Source: Anaerolineae bacterium
GTDB taxonomy: Bacteria; Chloroflexota; Anaerolineae; Epilineales; JAHCIE01
Direction of reading: 5' to 3'
DNA: 64,000 nucleotides
Assembly: GCA_039810085.1 (NCBI GenBank)
Contig: JBDHWG010000024.1
Location: 5,689-69,688 of the forward strand
Shown here: positions 28,190-37,813 of the stretch, piece after piece
Layout: every line of letters starts with the position of its first letter
Position numbering within the stretch: position 1 is the first letter of the stretch
Program-made: the position numbers and the translations under genes
Notes under the pieces: generated by a model
Told to the model about the DNA's origin: nothing
Database searches by the model: none
Seen by the model: the letters and a program-made list of their open reading frames with translations, nothing else

Positions 28190-28597
28190 TTAACTCCCGA
28201 TGCCCAGGTTCTTGAACATGTCGGCGAGGGAGCCGCCCGCCTTGAGCTGGTTGCCCATCTCGATGAATAGCTCGCCCAGCGCCAGGCGGTCTACTTTCTC
28301 GTCACTCAGACGCTCAGCGGTATGCCGCAGCTCGCCGCGCAGGTCGTCGTCAGCCTGGCGCGCCTCCTTGCGCAGCGTTTGCAGCTTCTTGTCCTGGTCG
28401 CGGCCCTGGTCGGTAAGCTGCTCGTTCAGGTTATCGAGCGACTGCTGGAGGCGCTCCAGGTCGCGCTCGATGGCGTGGAATCGCTGCGCATACTCGCGCA
28501 TCTGGCCGCCAAAGATGATGTCGCGTATGCGGTCTACTTCCTTCGGCGACGGTGTCGCAGCCGCAGGAACCTGCTCGGTCATAGTACCCTCCTTCAA
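28190..28597 (-). CDS. small coiled-coil protein; N-terminal DIIFGG motif shared with adjacent membrane protein
   Basis: 135 aa, heptad-rich; ATGA overlap with upstream RR gene. Confidence 0.45.
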   Translation of the reverse strand: MKEGTMTEQVPAAATPSPKEVDRIRDIIFGGQMREYAQRFHAIERDLERLQQSLDNLNEQLTDQGRDQDKKLQTLRKEARQADDDLRGELRHTAERLSDEKVDRLALGELFIEMGNQLKAGGSLADMFKNLGIGS

Positions 28598-29322
28598 CGA
28601 AGACCCCGGGGCGCTGCCCCATTGATTTTGCCCGGCGCTGGAAAAAGGTAGCCCATGCCCCGCTCCGTGATCAGATAGCGCGGCTGAGCGGGGACAGGCT
28701 CGATCTTCTGGCGGACGCGGTGAACGTGGACGCGCAGGCTATCCTCCGCGACCTCCTCCAGGGGCCACAAGCGCCGCAGGAGAAAGTCGGTCGTCACGGT
28801 ACGTCCAGCGTGACGCATCAAGATATACAGCAGCTTCGTTTCTGTCGGCGTCAGGGAAACGGGCTGCTGGTTGACGGTGGCCGTCTGACGCGCGAAATCC
28901 ACGGCCAGGCGGTCATCGACGGTGACGACAGGCTCCAATGTATACGCGAAATCGCCGATGCGGCGCAGGACGCGCTCCACCCGCGCTACCAGCTCGCGCG
29001 GGCTGAACGGCTTGACGATGTAATCCTCGGCGTAGCGCTCGATGCCGGCGATGACGGTGTCTTCGTCGTCCACCGCCGTGAGAAGGATGATGGGCAGGTC
29101 GGAGAACTGCTGCACGGCGCGGCAGAACCCGAAGCCGTCCAGCACCGGCATGCGGAGGTCCACAATCGCCAGGTGGGGCAGGCCGCGCTGACCGATCAGG
29201 CTCAGGGCCACGTCGCCAGAGGGCGCCGTCCAGACGGCATAGCCCGCGTGCTCCAGACGGGAGCGCACGAGCAGAAGGATTTCGGCGTCATCATCCACAG
29301 CCAGGATTCGTTGGAGCGTCAT
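28594..29322 (-). CDS. OmpR-family response regulator
   Basis: ILAVDDD...AIVDLRMPVLDG receiver; C-terminal winged helix RGMGYLF; start at MTLQRIL. Confidence 0.8.
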   Translation of the reverse strand: MTLQRILAVDDDAEILLLVRSRLEHAGYAVWTAPSGDVALSLIGQRGLPHLAIVDLRMPVLDGFGFCRAVQQFSDLPIILLTAVDDEDTVIAGIERYAEDYIVKPFSPRELVARVERVLRRIGDFAYTLEPVVTVDDRLAVDFARQTATVNQQPVSLTPTETKLLYILMRHAGRTVTTDFLLRRLWPLEEVAEDSLRVHVHRVRQKIEPVPAQPRYLITERGMGYLFPAPGKINGAAPRGLR

Positions 29323-29501
29323 TGGGCGGCACAAGATGCGCGCGTCAACACCCGCCGTCCCCACAGGCGACGCCGACGCAGCTAGAGCATCCCTTGGACT
29401 AAAAATAGAAACCCCCTAGACGGGATGATACCAGCGAAGCACCATCAAGTCAAGGGGAATTTCTGTGCCTTGCGCAAATTGGTCAGGCAGGGAAGCTGCG
29501 G

Positions 29502-31091
29502 CTAGAAGCCGGCACACGTCGCCGCGTGAAATGGGTCGGCGCCGCCGCGCAGAACGCCGGCGTCCTCGTCCACCAGGATGCCGACCGGGCTGGCAAACTG
29601 GCGCGGGCTGAACGTCTCCTCGACGGCCACCACCGGCATGCCCAGGCTCGCCAGCCCGTCGAGTGTCGCCGCAGGGATGCGGTCGTCGGCGATAAGCTGC
29701 GGCGTGCTGACGTCGATGCGCGGCGCGGCGATGGCGTCCTGCATGCCCATGCCGTAGGACACAAGGTTGACGGCGATTTGGGCCATAGCGCCGATGATGC
29801 GCCGGCCACCAGACGCCCCCAATGTCGCCAAAGGCCGACCGTCGCGCAAGAGTAGGATGGGCGCCATGTTCGCCAGGGGGCGGACGCCGCCGCGCACTGA
29901 GTTGGCCTTGCCCGGCTCCGGGTCGAACCAGTACATTCCGTTGTTCATGAGGATGCCCGTGCCGGGGATCGTCACCCGCGAGCCAAAGCCGGACAGCAGC
30001 GTCTGGGTCAGGGATACCATGTTGCGCTGCCCATCCACTGTGCAAAGGTGCGTTGTAGAGCCGTCGGCCGGCCCGCGATTCACCATCGATCCGCCACTCG
30101 CCCCCTGCCGTGTCAAGCGCTCCTCGAACACAGCGCGCGACGCGTTGGCGAACGCCATCAGGGCGGCCAGGGAGTTGTGGCCCTGCTGCGCCATGTACAT
30201 TGCGTCTAGCGCCGCCAGCGTCGCCGCGACGGCCGGACCGCCGCTCGGCGGCGGCGTGGCGACGAGGGTCGCGTCGCCGTACGCCTGCTGCACCGGGTTG
30301 TCGACCACGAGCGCTTCGTACGTCGCCAGGTCCTCGGCGCTGATGAGTCCTTCGTGCTCCTCCATTGCCGCGACGATCTGTCTGGCGATGGAGCCACGAT
30401 AGAAGGCGTCGATGCCTTCATCGGCCAGGGTGCGTAGCGTGCGCGCCAGGTCCGGCTGCTTCAGGCGGGGCAACTCCGGCCCCATACCGACGAGGCGCGG
30501 GAAGCCGTTCTGGAAGAAGACCTCGGCGGTATCGGGGAAGCGGGCGATGTTCGGCGCGTCGGCGGCCACGCGCAGCAAGGTGTGCCAGTCCAGCGGGAAG
30601 CCTTCCTCGGCGAGACGAATGGCGGGCTGGAGGACGGTGCGCAGGTCCATGCTGCCTGCCTCCTTGAGCGCCAGCGCCAGACCGGCCGGAACGCCGGGCA
30701 CGATGATGGACTGGTAGCCCATCAGGTTGCGCTTACCCTCGACGGCCCGCCAGGTGAACAGCTCCTTCTCGTAGCCCTCGCCCAGCGGAAACATGTCCTC
30801 CGTCGCCGCCAGCGGCGACCGCCCGTTGAAGTCGAAGACGCGAACGCGCCCCTCCTTCGCGGCGTAGTACACCAGCAGCCCCACCCCGCCCAGGCCGCTC
30901 ATCCAGGGCTCGACGACGCCAGTTGCGAAGGCCGTGGCGGCGGCGGCGTCCACGGCGTTGCCGCCCAGGCGCAGCATCTCCAGCCCCGCCTCGCTCGCGA
31001 GGGGGTGCTTCGAGGCGACCATGCCATGCGCGGCGACCGCCTCCGTCTTTTCAACGCGCAGATGATTCCGATACACACCGTCAGCCATCAT
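29502..31091 (-). CDS. gamma-glutamyltransferase
   Basis: GGT autoprocessing Thr region TTHLCTVD; family-wide conserved blocks. Confidence 0.85.
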   Translation of the reverse strand: MMADGVYRNHLRVEKTEAVAAHGMVASKHPLASEAGLEMLRLGGNAVDAAAATAFATGVVEPWMSGLGGVGLLVYYAAKEGRVRVFDFNGRSPLAATEDMFPLGEGYEKELFTWRAVEGKRNLMGYQSIIVPGVPAGLALALKEAGSMDLRTVLQPAIRLAEEGFPLDWHTLLRVAADAPNIARFPDTAEVFFQNGFPRLVGMGPELPRLKQPDLARTLRTLADEGIDAFYRGSIARQIVAAMEEHEGLISAEDLATYEALVVDNPVQQAYGDATLVATPPPSGGPAVAATLAALDAMYMAQQGHNSLAALMAFANASRAVFEERLTRQGASGGSMVNRGPADGSTTHLCTVDGQRNMVSLTQTLLSGFGSRVTIPGTGILMNNGMYWFDPEPGKANSVRGGVRPLANMAPILLLRDGRPLATLGASGGRRIIGAMAQIAVNLVSYGMGMQDAIAAPRIDVSTPQLIADDRIPAATLDGLASLGMPVVAVEETFSPRQFASPVGILVDEDAGVLRGGADPFHAATCAGF

Positions 31092-31906
31092 TCGCTCTCT
31101 CTCTGGGAGATCGCCCAGCGAGCGACCTCAAGGGTTGTCGTAAACCATACACGGTCGAACGTCAGCATCAGCTCGATCAGCTCCCGCACGGCGTCGAGTC
31201 GACCGGCTCGGCCGGATATCCACGGATGCATCGTCAGCATGAAGCAGCCATTCTCGGCGTAGAGGGCCTTGAACTCGCGCGCCCACATGCCCAGGACGCG
31301 GTCGGGGTCGGCAATGCCGTTGCTGGAGCCGTAGACGTGGCGATACAGCGGCGCGTCGTCGAGCATCCACTGCACCGGCACCTCAACCAGTGGGCCATCG
31401 GGCGTGTCCAGCCAATACGGGATGTCGTTGCCCATCAGACTGCTATCATAGACAAAGCCGTTGCGCTTGAGCAGGCCAGGTGTGCGCAGGTTCAGCTCCC
31501 ACGACGGCGAGCGGTAGCCCTGCGGACGCAGCCCCAGGCTGTCCTGGAAGATGCGTAGTTGCTCGGCCATGACCGCCGCTTCCTCAGCCGCGTCCAGCCG
31601 GTCCAGGGTCTCGTGGACGTTGCCATGCGCGCCCAGCTCGTGCCCCGCGTCGCGGATGGACTTGATGGCATCCGTGTGGTGGACGATGGTGTAGCCTGGT
31701 ACGTAAAACGTTCCCTTGATGCCGAACGTATCGAGCAGGCGCAGGATGCGCGGGACGCCGACGCGTGGGCCGTAGCGCCGCTCCTCCATGTCCGCCAACT
31801 GCGCCGCCGCCTTGGCAGGGGAGTTGAACACGAACGCGGACTCAGCATCGACGTCGAACGACAGGACGACGGCACACTGCGCGTCGTCCGGCCACCTGTA
31901 GCGCAT
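31088..31906 (-). CDS. polysaccharide deacetylase (NodB-homology) family protein
   Basis: SFDVDAE, GTFYVPG, HG NodB motifs; ATGA overlap with GGT gene. Confidence 0.75.
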   Translation of the reverse strand: MRYRWPDDAQCAVVLSFDVDAESAFVFNSPAKAAAQLADMEERRYGPRVGVPRILRLLDTFGIKGTFYVPGYTIVHHTDAIKSIRDAGHELGAHGNVHETLDRLDAAEEAAVMAEQLRIFQDSLGLRPQGYRSPSWELNLRTPGLLKRNGFVYDSSLMGNDIPYWLDTPDGPLVEVPVQWMLDDAPLYRHVYGSSNGIADPDRVLGMWAREFKALYAENGCFMLTMHPWISGRAGRLDAVRELIELMLTFDRVWFTTTLEVARWAISQRESE

Positions 31907-31914
31907 GCTCCCTC

Positions 31915-32574
31915 CTAGCGTGTCGTGCCCCAGCTATCCCAGAAGGTGCGCGGTCCGGCGGGCAGGCGCTCCGTCGGCTTGAAGTCGGCGCCGGTATAGT
32001 AGGCGACGGGCAGCAGCGCCGTCTGCATCACCTTGTCATACGGAATGCCGAGGATCTCCGCCGTCTCTTTCTCGTAGCGCAGGTGGAGCGATGTCCACGC
32101 CGAGCCGAGGCCGCGCGCCCGCAGCGCCAGCATCAACGACCACGCTGCCGGCAGAATAGAGCCGAACACTGACGCCTGCATCCAGATGGGCGCATTGTCC
32201 GTGCGGCCCTCGATACAGGGAATCACCAGCACAGGCGTCTCGTGCATGTGGTCGGCCAGGTATTGCGCCGAGCTTGCCACGCGCCCCATCCGCTCTGCGG
32301 CGTTAGGGTGCTCACGCAGGAACGCCGATTCCACGGGTCTCGCCGACGCGTAAGCGTACCAGGATTTGCGATATAGGTCCGCGATGGCCTTCTTCTTGTC
32401 GGCGTCGGTGACGACCATGAACGACCAGTCTTGGCGGTTGCTGCCGCTGGGCGCGTGGGTGGCAATGCTGATGCACTCTTCTAGCACTTCCGGCTCGACC
32501 GGGCGCGTGAAGTCCAGGCGCTTGCGCACCGAGTGGGTGGTCGTCAGCAGCTTATCGACGGTAACTAGGTCCAT
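31915..32574 (-). CDS. nitroreductase family protein
   Basis: HAPSGSNRQDWSFMVV nitroreductase FMN motif; start MDLVTVD; longer ORF extension runs into repeat element. Confidence 0.7.
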   Translation of the reverse strand: MDLVTVDKLLTTTHSVRKRLDFTRPVEPEVLEECISIATHAPSGSNRQDWSFMVVTDADKKKAIADLYRKSWYAYASARPVESAFLREHPNAAERMGRVASSAQYLADHMHETPVLVIPCIEGRTDNAPIWMQASVFGSILPAAWSLMLALRARGLGSAWTSLHLRYEKETAEILGIPYDKVMQTALLPVAYYTGADFKPTERLPAGPRTFWDSWGTTR

Positions 32575-32587
32575 TATGTCTCCGATT

Positions 32588-32734
32588 GTCGTTGCGAGTA
32601 AAGCGAAGCAATCCCTCGCTCTGACGATAGATACTCTGATGCCGCAGGCGCATTGCTTTCGCCCGTCGCGAGACTGCTTCGTCAGCAGGGGCGGAGTACC
32701 ACCCCCGCACCCCGGTCGTCCTCCTCGCAGTGAC
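32588..32734. repeat. MITE-like element of GTCATTGCGAG family (GTCGTTGCGAG...CTCGCAGTGAC)
   Basis: terminal inverted repeats, internal CGAAGCAATC/GACTGCTTCG arms; sits between two same-strand genes. Confidence 0.7.
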
Positions 32735-32749
32735 GGGCAAGGATGGCAT

Positions 32750-33667
32750 CTATCGTAGCTCGCTATACGGCGGTAGGTCAATGCACCAGAAGCGGGCGCC
32801 GGGCGCGACCTCGCGCCACGCCAACAGCGGCAGGTCGCCGTGGGTGACGAGACCGACGCGGAGGCCAAGGCTCGCGTCCGCTGTGACCGGCAAGGGAGCG
32901 CCGAACGTGCCGGGCAGCACATCGGCCAGGGCGTCCACCGTCCAGCCGCTCTCGGCGCGCACGGTGCGAATGATCTTCGGCTGCGAGAACAGGGCGTTGG
33001 CGCCGTCCAGCGTGCCGAGCAGCTGGCCGCTCACATCTTGCGCGGCGTCGCTCGCCAGATAGGCGACAAGCGCCCCCACGCCAGTGCCTTCCGTGGGCTG
33101 GCCCATCTCGTGATCGCCAACTACAACATTCGCCGTCACGTTCGAGGCCCGCATGCTGTTGGCCGTGGTCCAGGTCAGTCCCAGCAGGCCGGCCTTCGTC
33201 GGCGCGTCGGATCGGGTCGGCAAGCCGAAGGACGCCAGGGACGTGACATTCACAATGCGCCCGCTCTTCTGCTCGCGGAAGCGCTTTGTCACCAGACTCG
33301 ACGAGTTGAAGGCCGTCTTCAAGTCGGCGGCCATCAAACGGTCGAACTCGGCCTCGGACAACTCGAACAGCGGCGTTTCGGTGCGAACCCCCGGCGCGTT
33401 CACGAGGATGTCCAGCCGCCCGAACGTGTCGTAGGCCATCTGCACGACGACGGCCATCGTGTTGTAGTCGGCGAGATTGCCGACGAAGGAAACCGCGTGC
33501 CCGCCCCCGCCGCAGATATCGTCCGCCGTTCGACGCGCGCCCTCGCCGATGCAGGACGCCAGCACCCGCGCTCCCGCGGCGGCCAGGGTCTTAGCGATGT
33601 GCCGGCCGACGGGGCGCCCGGCATGAATGACCAGCGCGGCCTTGCCCTCTAATGCGCCCATCGTCAT
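32750..33667 (-). CDS. SDR-like Rossmann-fold protein (atypical)
   Basis: GKAALVIHAGRPVGRHIA Rossmann; NAPG motif; ATGA overlap with upstream SDR. Confidence 0.55.
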   Translation of the reverse strand: MTMGALEGKAALVIHAGRPVGRHIAKTLAAAGARVLASCIGEGARRTADDICGGGGHAVSFVGNLADYNTMAVVVQMAYDTFGRLDILVNAPGVRTETPLFELSEAEFDRLMAADLKTAFNSSSLVTKRFREQKSGRIVNVTSLASFGLPTRSDAPTKAGLLGLTWTTANSMRASNVTANVVVGDHEMGQPTEGTGVGALVAYLASDAAQDVSGQLLGTLDGANALFSQPKIIRTVRAESGWTVDALADVLPGTFGAPLPVTADASLGLRVGLVTHGDLPLLAWREVAPGARFWCIDLPPYSELR

Positions 33668-34695
33668 GCCCTCCCTGTGTCGAAGTAGTCCTGCCATGAC
33701 CAGGCCTTGATACCCGGCGCAACGTCGCGCCACTGGCCCGCGTCCTCCTGGAGCGCCTGAGTGCGCGTCTTGGGGCGCTCCTTCGTGGGGTCCGGCGGCA
33801 GGGGCGGCGGCGTCAGGCCCTCCGCGAGGGTGGGTTGGGCCAATTCGGCCAACGTGTCCAGCCCAAGGGCATGGTCGCCCTGCAAAATGCGCACCGCCTC
33901 GACCTGGGAATACAGGTGCAGCGAGTAGCCCTGGACGCCGATGAAGCAGCCATTGAGGTACGCCGCCTCATCCGTGGCAAGGTAGACGACGATAGGGGCC
34001 AGGTTGTCGGGGTCGAACTCCGAGCCTTTGGACACCTCGCTCAGCGGCTTGCCCGTCTCCTCCAGCACCTGCCGCCCGCGCGGCGTCGAGTCGGTCATGC
34101 GCGTCGCCACGAAGCCGGGCACGATGGCGTTGGCGGTGATGCCGTCGTCGGCCAACTCGTTGGCGCAAGACAGGGTCAGGCCCAGGATACCGTACTTGGC
34201 GGCGGCGTAGTTGGGCTGGCCGGGGTTGCCCCACGCCGAGATCGACGAAAAGTTGATGATGCGGCCATATTTCTGGCTCCGCATTGGACCAACGGCGTGG
34301 CGAATAGTATTGAACGTGCCCTTGAGGTGGACCGCCAGGACAGCATCCCACTCGGCCTCGCTCATGTTGAAGATCATCCGGTCACGTAGAATGCCGGCGA
34401 CGTTGACCAGGATGTCGATGCGACCGAAGGCGTCGATGCACTGTTGGATCATCGCGCCTGCCTGCTCGAAGTCGGACACCGAGCCGTAGTTAGCGACGGC
34501 CTTGCCGCCCTCGGCGGTAATCTCGTCCACCACGACCTGCGCTGCCCGTGTATCCGCTCCGCTGCCGGTGAGGCTTGCCCCCAGGTCGTTGACGACGACG
34601 CTCGCGCCTTCGCGCGCCAACAGCTTGGCGATGCCGCGGCCGATGCCGCCGCCCGCGCCGGTAACAACGGCCGCTTTCCCGTTCAGTCTACCCAC
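33664..34695 (-). CDS. SDR family oxidoreductase with C-terminal extension (MFE-2/Hsd4A-like dehydrogenase module)
   Basis: TGAGGGIGRGIA, NVAGI, YAAAKYG catalytic motif. Confidence 0.75.
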   Translation of the reverse strand: MGRLNGKAAVVTGAGGGIGRGIAKLLAREGASVVVNDLGASLTGSGADTRAAQVVVDEITAEGGKAVANYGSVSDFEQAGAMIQQCIDAFGRIDILVNVAGILRDRMIFNMSEAEWDAVLAVHLKGTFNTIRHAVGPMRSQKYGRIINFSSISAWGNPGQPNYAAAKYGILGLTLSCANELADDGITANAIVPGFVATRMTDSTPRGRQVLEETGKPLSEVSKGSEFDPDNLAPIVVYLATDEAAYLNGCFIGVQGYSLHLYSQVEAVRILQGDHALGLDTLAELAQPTLAEGLTPPPLPPDPTKERPKTRTQALQEDAGQWRDVAPGIKAWSWQDYFDTGRA

Positions 34696-34710
34696 GCGTC
34701 CCTCCAGGTA

Positions 34711-35187
34711 TCAGAAGTAGAAGCGGCCGAGCCACTCGGCGACCAGGCCCGGTTTGTTGCTGCCCTCGATCTCGACGGTCTGCTCGCGCGTAATCTGCAC
34801 CCATCCCCCCTTCGCGTCTTCCTCGATGGCGAGGAGGCGCGTGTGGTTGCGGATGCGCTTGCCGACCGGCACCGGCGCGGGGAAGCGCACGCGGTTGAGG
34901 CCGTAGTTGACGCTCACCCGCACCGGCAGCTTGAGGCGCAGGCCCGACTCCTGCTCGCGCAAGAACCCGGCGAGCATCGACAGGGTGAAGAAGCCGTGGG
35001 CGACGGTCCCGCCGAACATGGTTTGCTTGGCCCGCTCCGGGTCGACGTGAATGAACTGGTGGTCGCCTGTCGCGTCGGCGAACTTGTCGACCATCTCCTG
35101 GGTGACGAGTACCCACGGGCTGACCGCAATCTCCTGCCCGATATATCCCTTGAGCTGTTCAATGCTGGTGATTTCAATCTTATCCAT
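34711..35187 (-). CDS. MaoC-like (R)-specific enoyl-CoA hydratase, hotdog fold
   Basis: DHQFIHVDPERA...GTVAHG hotdog/MaoC motif; alternative GTG start at 35229. Confidence 0.7.
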   Translation of the reverse strand: MDKIEITSIEQLKGYIGQEIAVSPWVLVTQEMVDKFADATGDHQFIHVDPERAKQTMFGGTVAHGFFTLSMLAGFLREQESGLRLKLPVRVSVNYGLNRVRFPAPVPVGKRIRNHTRLLAIEEDAKGGWVQITREQTVEIEGSNKPGLVAEWLGRFYF

Positions 35188-35225
35188 ACTAGCAATCCCT
35201 TTCACCTCCCGGAGCCAGGCAATTG

Positions 35226-35299
35226 CCACAGAGACACAGAGAGCACAGAGAATAGAATGAATGACCTATCTTCTCTCCGTGTCCTCTGTGCCTCTCTGG
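35226..35299. repeat. imperfect hairpin built from CACAGAGA/TCTCTGTG units
   Basis: arm 35226-35250 vs arm 35273-35299 roughly reverse complementary; related in style to 49428-49499. Confidence 0.35.
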
Positions 35300-35340
35300 C
35301 ATCCTCTTCAAGCCCGGGAAGGACGCTCGTTGTGAACGCG

Positions 35341-36477
35341 TCAATGCGCGGCGCCAGCGTGCTGGGCGAGCTTCTCGCGGTGGAACTGCGTGTCGCCGTA
35401 CAGCGCCTCGTAGTGCTTGGCGCGCTTGAAGTACAGGTGCAGGTCGTACTCCCAGGTGAAACCGATGCCGCCGTGCGCCTGGATGGCCTCGCCGCAGACC
35501 TTGCGCGCCGCCTCATTCACGTAGGCTTTGGCGACATGGGCCGCGGTCGCCGCCTCGTCGCCGTGGTCGTCCTGCGCCCAGGCGGCGTAGTAGGTCGCAG
35601 CGAAGGCCGCCTCAGCATCCAACAGCATGTCGGCGAGCTTGTGCTTGACGGCCTGGAAGCTGCCAATGGGCTGGCCGAACTGCTCGCGCGTCTTGGCATA
35701 CTCGACGGACATGTCCAGGCTGGCCCGCGCCGCCCCGTACATCTCGGCGGCAGCCGCCACGGCCGCCCGCTGCACCACGGCGTCGATGACCGCCGCGCCG
35801 TTGCCCGGCTGGCCCAAGACACACGCCGCAGGAACCATCGCATTTGCGAACTCGATTTGAGACGTTTTCTCAGTCAGGTCGAGGCTCACCAGCGGCGTCA
35901 CCGTCATGCCTGGCGTCGCGTGGTCCACCAGGAAGAGCGACACGTCGCCATCCGGGCCGCCGATGCGCGCCGGAACAATGATGAATTGGGCGACATTGGC
36001 GAAGGGGACGAACAGCTTGCGCCCGTTCAGGCGGTAGCTGCCGTTGTCCGGCGTCGCCTCGGCGTGGACGCCGCTGGCGTCCCAGGCAATGACGTCTTCC
36101 AGCAACGCGAAGGTGCCGATGAGGTCACCCGAGGCGATGGCCGAGAGGTACTGCTGCTTCTGGGCGTCGGTGCCGCCGTTGAGAATGGCCGTCGCGGCGA
36201 GGACCGTCGTGGCAAGGTAGGGGCCGGGGCAGAGGGTACGGCCGATTTGCTCCAGGATCAGGGCGTGCTCGACCATGCCCATGCCCAGCCCGCCGTATTC
36301 CTCTGGAATGGCGACCGACAGCAGGCCCAGGTCGGCCATCTGCCGCCACACGTCCGAGCTATAACCGCGCTCGTCGTCCATCATCTGCCGCACCAGGGAC
36401 ATGGGGGACTCGTTGACGAGGAAATCCCGCGCCTGGTCGCGCAGCATGACTTGCTCAGGGCTGAAATCGAAATCCAT
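35341..36477 (-). CDS. acyl-CoA dehydrogenase family protein lacking catalytic Glu (probable non-catalytic subunit of heteromeric ACAD)
   Basis: ACAD fold throughout; C-terminal motif reads YGDTQFHRE where catalytic YEGTxEIQ is expected. Confidence 0.7.
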   Translation of the reverse strand: MDFDFSPEQVMLRDQARDFLVNESPMSLVRQMMDDERGYSSDVWRQMADLGLLSVAIPEEYGGLGMGMVEHALILEQIGRTLCPGPYLATTVLAATAILNGGTDAQKQQYLSAIASGDLIGTFALLEDVIAWDASGVHAEATPDNGSYRLNGRKLFVPFANVAQFIIVPARIGGPDGDVSLFLVDHATPGMTVTPLVSLDLTEKTSQIEFANAMVPAACVLGQPGNGAAVIDAVVQRAAVAAAAEMYGAARASLDMSVEYAKTREQFGQPIGSFQAVKHKLADMLLDAEAAFAATYYAAWAQDDHGDEAATAAHVAKAYVNEAARKVCGEAIQAHGGIGFTWEYDLHLYFKRAKHYEALYGDTQFHREKLAQHAGAAH

Positions 36478-36486
36478 AGCTCGCTC

Positions 36487-37707
36487 CTATTGCGCCTTGG
36501 CCTTGAGACGGTCGGCGCGGACTTCCTTCGGCAGTCCGAGAACGCGGTCGCCGATGATGTTCTTCTGAATTTCGGACGTGCCGGCAAAGATGGTCGGCGC
36601 GCGCGACCACAGGAAGTCGTGCGCCCAGCTCGGGTCGCTCTCGGCGTCGCCGCCCATGCCCTTCTCCAGTTCGGCCGGCGCCCCGATGAGCAGTGTGCCG
36701 TAGGGGCCGAGGATCGACATGACAAGCTCGTGGTAGCGCTTGTCGAACTCGCTGTAGTAGAGCTTGGCGACGGCGGACTCTGGCCCCGGGTTGTGGCCCT
36801 TCTCCATGCCGGACAGGATGCGCAGGCCGATGTAGCGCAGCACCTCCAGCTCGGCATACGCCTGGCCGATCTTCTGGCGCGTCACCGGGTCGTCCCACGC
36901 CGTCCCGCCGTTGCGTTGCAAGCTCTTACACACCTGCACCAGCCGCTCCAGCGAGCCGGAGTACACGGCGAAGCGTGAGAGGATGCTGCCGCCGCGCTCG
37001 AAGCCCAGCGTCGTCTGGGCGATCTCCCAGCCGTGGTTGACCTCGCCGATGACGTCCGCCTTCTCGACGCGCGCGTCGGTGATGAACACTTCGCTGAACT
37101 CAGAGCCGCCGGTGAGCTGCTTGAGCGGACGGACGACGATACCCGGCTGCCGCATGTTGATGATGAAGCAGGTGATGCCCTTGTGCTTGGGCACGTTCGG
37201 GTCGGTGCGCGCCAGGAGAATCGCCCAGTCCGAGATCGGCCCGTTCGTCGTCCAGACCTTCTGCCCGTTCACAATCCAGTGGTCACCGGCGTCAACCGCG
37301 TTCGTGCGCAAGCTCGCCAAGTCGGAGCCGGCATTCGGCTCGGAGTAGAGCTGGCACCAGATTTCCTCGGCGCTCAGAATCTTCTGCAGATGACGCGCCT
37401 TTTGCTCCTCCGTCCCGTGGACGATGAGCGTCGGGCCGATGAAGTTGAGGCCCAGGTGGTTGACCGGGCCGGGTGCGTTCACGTGCGCCATTTCGGAGGC
37501 GACGATGGCCTGCTCCATCGGGCGAGCGCCGGCGCCGCCGTACTCCTTCGGCCAGCCCATGCCGATGAACCCGGCCTCGTAGAGCTTGCGCTGCCAGGCG
37601 ATACGCTCCTCCAGCGTGTGCAGCTCGTGGCGGGGCAGGTTCTCCGCCAGCCAGGCGCGCACGTGCTCACGAAATGCTGCATCTTCAGGGGAGAGATGTA
37701 GATCCAC
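36487..37707 (-). CDS. acyl-CoA dehydrogenase (catalytic Glu present)
   Basis: FAGTSEIQKNIIG catalytic motif; FAD-binding blocks. Confidence 0.85.
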   Translation of the reverse strand: MDLHLSPEDAAFREHVRAWLAENLPRHELHTLEERIAWQRKLYEAGFIGMGWPKEYGGAGARPMEQAIVASEMAHVNAPGPVNHLGLNFIGPTLIVHGTEEQKARHLQKILSAEEIWCQLYSEPNAGSDLASLRTNAVDAGDHWIVNGQKVWTTNGPISDWAILLARTDPNVPKHKGITCFIINMRQPGIVVRPLKQLTGGSEFSEVFITDARVEKADVIGEVNHGWEIAQTTLGFERGGSILSRFAVYSGSLERLVQVCKSLQRNGGTAWDDPVTRQKIGQAYAELEVLRYIGLRILSGMEKGHNPGPESAVAKLYYSEFDKRYHELVMSILGPYGTLLIGAPAELEKGMGGDAESDPSWAHDFLWSRAPTIFAGTSEIQKNIIGDRVLGLPKEVRADRLKAKAQ

Positions 37708-37735
37708 TTTTTACCCTCCTGGGTCACTTTTGTCT

Positions 37736-37803
37736 GTCATGCTGAGTGCAACAAAGCATCCCCTGGTGTCGCAGCCGGGACTCTTCACTCCGCTCAGAGT
37801 GAC
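37736..37803. repeat. short inverted-repeat element (GTCATGCTGAG...CTCAGAGTGAC)
   Basis: same architecture as 6230-6294; between same-strand genes. Confidence 0.5.
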
Positions 37804-37813
37804 AGTTCACTTC

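Noticed and set aside
28720-29385. 221-aa plus-strand ORF antisense to response regulator
   Set aside because: Antisense artefact
32575-32922. 5' extension of nitroreductase ORF to 335 aa
   Set aside because: Extension reads through a repeat element; ATG at 32574 gives a normal nitroreductase N-terminus
34444-36978. 844-aa plus-strand ORF spanning the MaoC and two ACAD genes
   Set aside because: Antisense artefact; no motifs; the minus-strand genes have unambiguous family signatures
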